Origin: an uncultured virus (IMG/VR IMGVR_UViG_3300028557_000030)
Lineage: Duplodnaviria; Heunggongvirae; Uroviricota; Caudoviricetes
Length of the DNA stretch: 20,000 bases
IMG/VR virus record: IMGVR_UViG_3300028557_000030
Strand: one strand, 5' to 3'
Shown here: positions 1 to 6,322 of the stretch, in pieces
Layout: the number at the start of each line of letters is the position of its first letter
Position numbering within the stretch: position 1 is the first letter of the stretch
Translations under genes and position numbers: made by a program
The notes under the pieces: model-generated
The model's database searches: none
What the model was told of the DNA's origin: nothing
What the model saw: the letters and a program-made list of their open reading frames with translations, nothing else

Positions 1-879
1 CCTGTTAATTATCTAAATAACAAAGACATTCTTAAAGAAATCCACGCGAGCAAGAACTCGTACTGTTACTTCACTGAACCGGAATACAATCGATATGATC
101 TTATCATCGACATGCCCGATTCTCCCATAGAAACTAGTCTAGATTTTGCAATAAAGCCAGAACAAATCCAAGCAGCTAAACAAACTAGAGCAGTCTGGCT
201 TTCACTACAGGCAGAAGAAAAGATTCTTCCAGAATCAGTAAAAACTGAAGATTTAATCTTCAGAGTCATGACTTGGGACCATATCCCAGTTGCTCAAAAG
301 CAGCCTCGTAAGACTACGAAGAAGAAAACAGCCAAAGACATCATCGTTTTTGAAGATGACGAGTTGGAAGATTTTTCTGATTTAGAAGACAAGACCACGA
401 AGGCCGAAGTTGACGATATGGTTCACGTTAGAGTCAACTTCCCTCCCTTCCAGCACTTTAAGTTAGACGAAACCAACACATTTAGGTGTGTGGGTAAGTC
501 GCATTGGGTTGATGGAATTGAGAATGGTCATTTCTCTAAGGATCACGGCAACATCACTAATAAACTAGCTCGTATGTACATGATGCTTTGTGAGAAGTAT
601 GCCATGAGATTCAACTGGCGCGGCTACACATATAATGACGAGATGCGTAACTCTGCTATTCTACAGTTGACCTATGTTGGCCTTCGATTCAATGAGGCAA
701 AGTCTTCTAATCCGTTTGCATACTACACAGCAGCTATCACCAATAGCTTCTGCCGAGTGCTAAATTCAGAAAAGCGAACACAAAACATCCGCGATGACAT
801 TCTTGAGATGAATGGTCTTAACCCATCGTTCACGAGGCAAATGCGTGAGGTAAAACCTAAACAAGTTAAGGTTACCTAA
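1..879 (+). CDS. gp55: T4 gp55-like sigma factor for late transcription (5'-truncated)
   Basis: Frame 1 is open from base 1 (PVNYLNNKDILKEIHASK...), so the true start lies upstream of the window and Met112 is internal. Motifs YLNNKD, NWRGYTYNDEM and NPFAYYT..ITNSF match gp55. Lies upstream of gp47/gp46 as in T4-like phages. Confidence 0.85.
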   Translation, partial: PVNYLNNKDILKEIHASKNSYCYFTEPEYNRYDLIIDMPDSPIETSLDFAIKPEQIQAAKQTRAVWLSLQAEEKILPESVKTEDLIFRVMTWDHIPVAQKQPRKTTKKKTAKDIIVFEDDELEDFSDLEDKTTKAEVDDMVHVRVNFPPFQHFKLDETNTFRCVGKSHWVDGIENGHFSKDHGNITNKLARMYMMLCEKYAMRFNWRGYTYNDEMRNSAILQLTYVGLRFNEAKSSNPFAYYTAAITNSFCRVLNSEKRTQNIRDDILEMNGLNPSFTRQMREVKPKQVKVT

Positions 880-883
880 CTGA

Positions 884-912
884 TTGCTATTTGCAACTAA
901 GGACATTATAGT
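884..912 (+). promoter_or_regulatory. Sigma70-type promoter for gp47-gp46
   Basis: TTGCTA (884-889), 17 nt spacer, TATAGT (907-912). The predicted +1 falls at about 919, the A of the gp47 ATG. Confidence 0.55.
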
Positions 913-918
913 AAGATT

Positions 919-1935
919 ATGGCAGAACTATTCAAGAAGGCAGCAGTCTTTACGGACATTCATTTTGGGTTAAAGAGTAACAGCATACAGCACAATACCG
1001 ATTGTATTGAGTTTGTAGATTGGTTCATCACTAAAGCTAAGGCTGAGGGATGCGAGACATGTTTGTTCTTAGGTGACTACAATCACCATAGATCAAGCAT
1101 CAACATGCACACCCTTCAGTTTGGCCTTCGTGCATTAGAAAAACTGAACGATGCATTTGACCGAGTATATTTTATCCCTGGCAACCACGATCTCTATTAT
1201 CGTGATCGTCGGGACATTCACTCAGTCGAATGGGCAAATCATCTTCCCAACGTTACCATCGTCAATGATTGGTTTCAGCAAGGTGATGTAGTAATTGCTC
1301 CTTGGTTGGTAGGTGATGACTATAAGAAGTTGCTCAAAATGAAGGGCAAGTACCTATTTGCTCATCTGGAATTGCCGCATTTTTATATGAATGCAATGAT
1401 AGAGATGCCCGACCACGGGGAGATCAACTCAGAATACGTTTCAGGATTCGAGTGGGTCTTCTCTGGTCACTTTCATAAGCGCCAGTGCCGAAAGAACATC
1501 TGGTATATCGGTAACGCTTTCCCCCATAACTACGCAGATGCGGGAGACGACGCAAGAGGCATGATGATTCTAGACTGGGGCGGTGAACCCGAGTTTCATT
1601 CATGGCCAGGTCAACCTATCTTTCGTGTATACAAGCTAAGTGATATCTTAGATAACCCAGAGGGTCTTCTTCTTCCTAAGTCTAGTGTCAGAGTACATCT
1701 TGACATTGACATTTCGTATGAAGAAGCCAGCTTTATTCGTGAAACGCTCATTCCAAAACATGGACTAAGAGAAATGTCTTTGATTCCTATCAAGAATACA
1801 GAGTTTGCGCAGGATCTTGCTCCCGGCGAGGTGAACTTTGAGAGCGTAGACCAAATCGTTATTGATCAGATCACGAAGATCGAGAGTGATTTCTATGATC
1901 CAAAACTACTGTTAGAGATTTACCGTAACCTATGA
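919..1935 (+). CDS. gp47: gp47-like recombination nuclease subunit (Mre11/SbcD metallophosphoesterase)
   Basis: Motifs DIHFG, LGD, GNHD and SGHFH. ATGA overlap with the downstream Rad50-like gene. Confidence 0.93.
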   Translation: MAELFKKAAVFTDIHFGLKSNSIQHNTDCIEFVDWFITKAKAEGCETCLFLGDYNHHRSSINMHTLQFGLRALEKLNDAFDRVYFIPGNHDLYYRDRRDIHSVEWANHLPNVTIVNDWFQQGDVVIAPWLVGDDYKKLLKMKGKYLFAHLELPHFYMNAMIEMPDHGEINSEYVSGFEWVFSGHFHKRQCRKNIWYIGNAFPHNYADAGDDARGMMILDWGGEPEFHSWPGQPIFRVYKLSDILDNPEGLLLPKSSVRVHLDIDISYEEASFIRETLIPKHGLREMSLIPIKNTEFAQDLAPGEVNFESVDQIVIDQITKIESDFYDPKLLLEIYRNL

Positions 1936-4007
1936 TCATACTTAAGAACATCACCCTTCGTAACTTTTTATCAATTGGTGCAGTAACACAAGCTGTCAAC
2001 TTCGACAGCAAAGAACTCACGCTTATCCTAGGTGAAAATCTAGATTTAGGTGGAGATGGTTCTCGCAATGGTACCGGTAAGACTTCGCTTATGCAAGCTC
2101 TTTCCTATGCTGCGTTTGATGCCCCCATCAACAAGATTCGTAAGGATAATCTAATCAATCGTACCAACGGTAAGGGTATGATGGTTACACTAGAGTATTC
2201 TTCTAGGGGCGTTGATTACAAGATTGAACGCGGGCGCCGACCAAACACTCTTAGGTTCTACGTCAACGGGGTTGAACAGTCTGAGGACAAGGATACTGCA
2301 CAGGGCGAGAACAAGGACACACAGAAAGAGATCGAACGTACATTAGGTATGTCACATGATATGTTTAAGCATATCGTAGCGTTGAATACCTATACTGAAC
2401 CGTTTCTTTCCTTAGGGGCAGGTGAGCAGCGTAAGATCATCGAGCAATTGCTCGGTATTACTTTGCTTTCGGAGAAAGCAGAAGCAATCAAAACAAAAAT
2501 CAAGTCTACCAAAGAAACGATTGAGCAAGAGCAATTCAAAGTTAAGACTATCCAAGAAGCCAACAAGCGAGTTGAAGAACAGATTGAGAATCTTCGCCGC
2601 CGTCAGCGTCTTTGGAATGCAAAGCACAATGAAGACCTCGACAAGCTCGTCAGTGATTACGATGAACTAAGCAAGATTGATATCGTTGCCGAACTTCAAG
2701 CTCATAAAGACTTAACAATCTACAACGAAAAGAAGAAAAAGCAAGAGCGTTACGAAGCTATCCTAGCTCGTCAAACTGCTTGGTTACAGAAGCGTGATGC
2801 TGATGTTAAGGTTCTGCAAACTAGCTACGATACAAAGAGCAATATTGACATCACGGCCGAACTACAGTCTCACTATGACCTTAAGGTATATGAAGCTAGC
2901 AAGATCGAACTTGCTGCCCTCAACAAGACTATCGCTGGACTAGAGGCAACTCTAAAAAAGGATGAGAGTCTTGTAACTAAACTAGAGGGCGAGATCAGGA
3001 CACTTGAAGAAAACAAGTGTTATACTTGTGGTCAGGATCTTCACGATGAAAATCATACCAGTGTCATACACAGTAAGCGTGACCTTTTGGCCGCAGCAAG
3101 ATCAGAACTTGCCCAAACCCAAAACGAGCTAGAAAAAAATAAAAATTCATTGTTCGTTTTGGGACTTTCTCCTGTTACTCACTACAAGACTGAAGCAGAA
3201 GCAATCAAACATAGCTCTGAACTTGAAAACATTCAGAACCAAATCCACGCTAAGATGACCGAGACTGATCCGTATGTAGAACAATTGATTGAGAATTCTT
3301 GCATGATCGTTGGCACTATGCCTGTAACTCACTATGATACAGAAGCAGAAGCAATCGAACATCGTAGTGTTGTATCAAGCTTGTTAAAGCAGATCGAGAA
3401 GAAGGCAGAAGACATTGACCCATACGTTGACCAAATCAAAGAGATGGAAGCTAATGCTCTACTGACTATTGACTTTGAAATCATCAACGAACTGTCAAAG
3501 TTAGGAGATCACTTGAAGTTCTTGCTTGACTTGCTGACTAGCAAGGATAGCTTCGTTCGCAAGAAGATCATTGATCAGAACTTGTCGTATCTTAACGCAA
3601 GACTGACTCACTATCTTGACAAGATCGGTCTTCCACATACAGTCGTGTTTATGAATGACCTTTCAGTTGAGATCACTGAGTTAGGTCGTGAGTTGGATTT
3701 CGACAATTTGTCCCGGGGTGAGCGCAATCGTCTCATCCTTGGTCTGTCGTTTGCATTCCGTGATGTGTGGGAAAATCTATACTTCCCGATCAACACGCTA
3801 TTCATAGATGAACTCATCGACAGCGGACTTGATAGCATAGGTGTCGAGAATGCAATGGCAATCCTAAAAGAAATGTCACGTAGACGCAGTAAATCTATAT
3901 GGCTCGTCAGTCACCGAGAAGAACTTGCAGGACGCGTTCCTAGCGTTCTCAAGGTGATTAAAGAAAACGGGTTTACTAGTTACAATACCACGACAGATAT
4001 CACATAA
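1932..4007 (+). CDS. gp46: gp46-like recombination ATPase subunit (Rad50/SbcC)
   Basis: N-terminal NFLS, Walker A NGTGKTS, coiled coil with CYTC zinc hook (3018-3029), signature LSRGE, Walker B LFIDE, D-loop GLD, H-loop VSH. Confidence 0.94.
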   Translation: MIILKNITLRNFLSIGAVTQAVNFDSKELTLILGENLDLGGDGSRNGTGKTSLMQALSYAAFDAPINKIRKDNLINRTNGKGMMVTLEYSSRGVDYKIERGRRPNTLRFYVNGVEQSEDKDTAQGENKDTQKEIERTLGMSHDMFKHIVALNTYTEPFLSLGAGEQRKIIEQLLGITLLSEKAEAIKTKIKSTKETIEQEQFKVKTIQEANKRVEEQIENLRRRQRLWNAKHNEDLDKLVSDYDELSKIDIVAELQAHKDLTIYNEKKKKQERYEAILARQTAWLQKRDADVKVLQTSYDTKSNIDITAELQSHYDLKVYEASKIELAALNKTIAGLEATLKKDESLVTKLEGEIRTLEENKCYTCGQDLHDENHTSVIHSKRDLLAAARSELAQTQNELEKNKNSLFVLGLSPVTHYKTEAEAIKHSSELENIQNQIHAKMTETDPYVEQLIENSCMIVGTMPVTHYDTEAEAIEHRSVVSSLLKQIEKKAEDIDPYVDQIKEMEANALLTIDFEIINELSKLGDHLKFLLDLLTSKDSFVRKKIIDQNLSYLNARLTHYLDKIGLPHTVVFMNDLSVEITELGRELDFDNLSRGERNRLILGLSFAFRDVWENLYFPINTLFIDELIDSGLDSIGVENAMAILKEMSRRRSKSIWLVSHREELAGRVPSVLKVIKENGFTSYNTTTDIT

Positions 4008-4033
4008 GAAATATTACCGGCACTATGAGAAAG

Positions 4034-4041
4034 CATAAGTT
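4034..4041 (+). promoter_or_regulatory. Possible late promoter (variant CATAAGTT)
   Basis: Resembles the T4 late TATAAATA box and CATAAGTA at 16281. Ends 5 nt before the ATG at 4047. Confidence 0.35.
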
Positions 4042-4046
4042 ATTAT

Positions 4047-4610
4047 ATGACATCACCTAGCAAAGCCAAAGGCTCATCGTTCGAACGAGAAGTTGCAACC
4101 TTCTTGTCAAAGACATATGACGAAAGTTTTATCAGGGCTCCCGGCTCAGGTGCATACATTGGCGGTAAGAATCAATCCCGCAAACAGTATTTGGATGAGG
4201 GTCAGATTCGTAGCTTCAAGGGCGACATCGTTCCGGGCGTGACTTTCACTAAATTCAACGCAGAATGTAAGTCATATGCAGACTTCCCTTTTCATCTTCT
4301 TTTATCCGGGGACTGCAAACAAATCGACAGTTGGCTAGACCAACTGATGGCTGTAGCAGAAACTGATGATTGCAACGTGCTATTCATGAAGTTTAATCGT
4401 AAAGGCAAGTATGTTGCTGTACAAGCAAAGTGTACTTGGGTCACAGACAACTTCATTTACTACAGTTCCGCTAAGTTCGGGGACTGGATCATCATCGAAT
4501 TTCAACACTTCTTCAAGCTCAACAAAGACCTTCTTAAAGTTTACTCAGGCTCACCTAATACAAACCTTGACACCGCGTCTACAGCTAACGTACTAACGCT
4601 CAAAACCTAA
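4047..4610 (+). CDS. PD-(D/E)xK nuclease, Holliday-junction-resolvase (Hjc)-like
   Basis: SKAKGSSFEREVA (G..FERE), R.PGSG, GDI and AECKSY (E-x-K) follow the Hjc-type pattern. Confidence 0.75.
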   Translation: MTSPSKAKGSSFEREVATFLSKTYDESFIRAPGSGAYIGGKNQSRKQYLDEGQIRSFKGDIVPGVTFTKFNAECKSYADFPFHLLLSGDCKQIDSWLDQLMAVAETDDCNVLFMKFNRKGKYVAVQAKCTWVTDNFIYYSSAKFGDWIIIEFQHFFKLNKDLLKVYSGSPNTNLDTASTANVLTLKT

Positions 4611-4619
4611 ACAAAACCA

Positions 4620-5000
4620 CAGAATCCTACATAGCTGTTTGGTCGGGGTTGCTCGACTCTCCTTGAGGACGCATGGAATACTGCGAACGGAATCTGGAGC
4701 CGAAGGTGCATTCCTTCAAAAATGCATAGGTGTTTACATCTATGGAATACCGATAGGGCCCTCGTTAGGTTAAGCGAACCCTAAATGAGTCTGTGTCGTA
4801 CTCTGTCTTGAGAACACAGAACATGCGTTGCCGAGGAATCGAAAGATAGCCTCACTACAGTCCCAGTAAACTTTACAGGGCAACCGGTAGCGTCAATCAG
4901 CATCAAAAGCTAGGTTGACGGGGAATAGACAGCAAGGGTGACGGGCCATGGCAATGTCCTAGACCATTGGTAGTGCTACATAGCACTACCATGGATTCTG
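4620..5000 (+). ncRNA. Putative large structured non-coding RNA, family unrecognised
   Basis: No ORF of 60 aa or more. About 49% GC by hand count, with A-rich flanks. Closing helix CAGAATCC/GGATTCTG, a second long-range helix (4634-4641/4926-4933) and about ten internal helices. Several G-U pairs work only on the + strand. Confidence 0.65.
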
Positions 5001-5061
5001 AACCGGCAAGTATCTTCAACAAGTTATCTTAGACATTACCATTAAAGAGAATGAAAAAGGA

Positions 5062-5112
5062 TATACCGAAACGAACGAAGTGAGTAAGGTATAAGTTGTC
5101 CGAAGGACAACT
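5062..5112 (+). other. Twin GAA-triloop hairpins (ssDNA-type structure; candidate origin or protein-recognition site)
   Basis: TATACC-GAA-[AC-GA-AC-GAA-GT-GA-GT]-AA-GGTATA, followed directly by AGTTGTCC-GAA-GGACAACT. Confidence 0.5.
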
Positions 5113-5137
5113 CTGAATGAGAGCTATGATAGAAGCC

Positions 5138-5171
5138 AAAAAAAGAGAGAACTAAATGAATAGTTCCCTCT
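5138..5171 (-). terminator. Rho-independent terminator for the minus-strand gp26-like unit
   Basis: The minus strand reads GAGGGAACTA-TTCATT-TAGTTCTCTC (one G-U pair) followed by a T7 run, immediately after the stop at 5173-5175. Confidence 0.8.
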
Positions 5172-5172
5172 A

Positions 5173-5403
5173 TTAGAAATACGGAAGTTGTGACTTCTTT
5201 GTTATCTCAAGATGTTCTTCGATAATCTTGTTTATGTCTGCTCTTTCTTGAAAAGACATATTCAGAATATCTTCGTACGTCGCTCCCCCTCGCATGTGCC
5301 ATGCCATTTCTAGGGCTGACTTTTTGATTCCTGAGACATCGTTTTCGTAGTTATCAAACAGCTTCTTAATGTCTTCAGGGGGTGATCTGAGGAGCGTTAG
5401 TCG
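5173..5403 (-). CDS. Unlisted coding frame (gp51-like / gpT-like chaperone extension), probably reached by -1 frameshift
   Basis: 76 sense codons: RLTLLRSPPEDIKKLFDNYENDVSGIKKSALEMAWHMRGGATYEDILNMSFQERADINKIIEEHLEITKKSQLPYF*. The first ATG is at 5307 (44 aa) with no SD. A terminator follows the stop. Confidence 0.7.
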   Translation of the reverse strand, partial: RLTLLRSPPEDIKKLFDNYENDVSGIKKSALEMAWHMRGGATYEDILNMSFQERADINKIIEEHLEITKKSQLPYF

Positions 5404-6224
5404 AAAAAATCCGTTGGGTTCAGTGTGATTGTCTGATCGTATTCATGCTCGCAACTTCCGCAAGTGATCTTCATTGGTTTAATCTCACTAGCTTGACGTA
5501 GTTCCGAACTACGATCTCGGATAGTAACATAAACATTGCGGTCACAGTGTCTTAGGAAATCAAGAATAAAATCCTTCTGATCTACTTTGATTGTAGGAGT
5601 CTGAATATATTCAATTGCTTGGCACAGCAAATCCATAGTAAGATCGGTGATTTTCTGTAATGACTCCTTCATCAGTTTGCTGCGATCATCTTCGTTTTCG
5701 ATAGAATCAATCTGAGAAGCTGCTCTTTGGAATTCAAATTGTTTCATTGATGCTGCGTTGATTTCTTTAAAATTAACGGACTTTAATTTTATTTTAAGAT
5801 CACCTGCGCTGAGTTCTTCTGAGAAATCAGGACTGCTGATTGACGAAAGAATGCCTACTAGGTTTATTTTATAAGTAGATGTTTCCTCACAGTTTGGGCA
5901 GCTTGACGTAAGATCCATCTCACCTGAAGAAGATGAGGCTGCTTTTATAGCAATAAGAATAGCGTCAAGGTCAATATTAGGCACTGCCCATGGGTCCTTG
6001 ATATTGGGGACACAACTTGTGATCAAGTCTGCAATTGCAGTTCCGTTAAACAACGCATCCGGTGTACGAGCAGTGATTTCATCAATAGCAGTCATCGGAT
6101 ATACTGGAATCTCGCCGATTTCGGGCATGTCCAGTGCTCCATCCGGATAGCCCTGACCATTTGATGGTAGCTTCATATATACAGATGGTCTTCTGAAATA
6201 CTGTTTTAGTGGGTTGTTGTCCAT
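5397..6224 (-). CDS. gp26-like baseplate hub assembly protein / tail chaperone
   Basis: LPS.G, PMTAIDE, DLDAILIAIKAAS, two CxxC pairs (CPNC, CGSC) and C-terminal DFF. GAGG SD upstream. Confidence 0.75.
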   Translation of the reverse strand: MDNNPLKQYFRRPSVYMKLPSNGQGYPDGALDMPEIGEIPVYPMTAIDEITARTPDALFNGTAIADLITSCVPNIKDPWAVPNIDLDAILIAIKAASSSSGEMDLTSSCPNCEETSTYKINLVGILSSISSPDFSEELSAGDLKIKLKSVNFKEINAASMKQFEFQRAASQIDSIENEDDRSKLMKESLQKITDLTMDLLCQAIEYIQTPTIKVDQKDFILDFLRHCDRNVYVTIRDRSSELRQASEIKPMKITCGSCEHEYDQTITLNPTDFFD

Positions 6225-6257
6225 GTAGTTCCTCTTAAAATTTCGGTTTTAGATTTA

Positions 6258-6282
6258 TACTAAATACATATGCTATTTAGTA
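6258..6282. promoter_or_regulatory. Overlapping opposite-strand late promoters (ACTAAATA on both strands)
   Basis: Inverted repeat TACTAAATA (6258-6266) / TATTTAGTA (6274-6282) between the divergent gp26-like and tape-measure-like genes. The same 8-mer precedes the portal gene. Confidence 0.65.
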
Positions 6283-6322
6283 GGTAAAAAAAACCTAGCT
6301 ATTTATTTTATCGGAACTGAGC

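Noticed and set aside
112..114. Met at 112 as the gp55 start
   Set aside because: The frame is open to base 1 and contains the conserved YLNNKD motif upstream.
4620..5000. Retron msr-msd (terminal inverted repeats resemble a1/a2)
   Set aside because: No reverse transcriptase in the window, and the fold is more branched than typical retron RNAs. It cannot be fully excluded if an RT is encoded elsewhere.
4620..5010. RNase P RNA, tmRNA, or group I/II intron identity for the structured region
   Set aside because: No GAGGAAAGUCC/P4 pairing, no tRNA-like T-arm with CCA end, CTACAGTCC lacks a P7 partner, no group II domain V, and no interrupted gene flanks it.
5066..5121. Hammerhead-like words CGAAAC ... 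hairpin ... CTGAATGAG
   Set aside because: The core is CTGAATGA (8 nt) rather than CUGANGA, and stems II and III cannot be paired.
5151..5158. ACTAAATG as a late promoter
   Set aside because: Mismatch at the last position, located within the terminator hairpin, and pointing antisense into the gp26-like unit.
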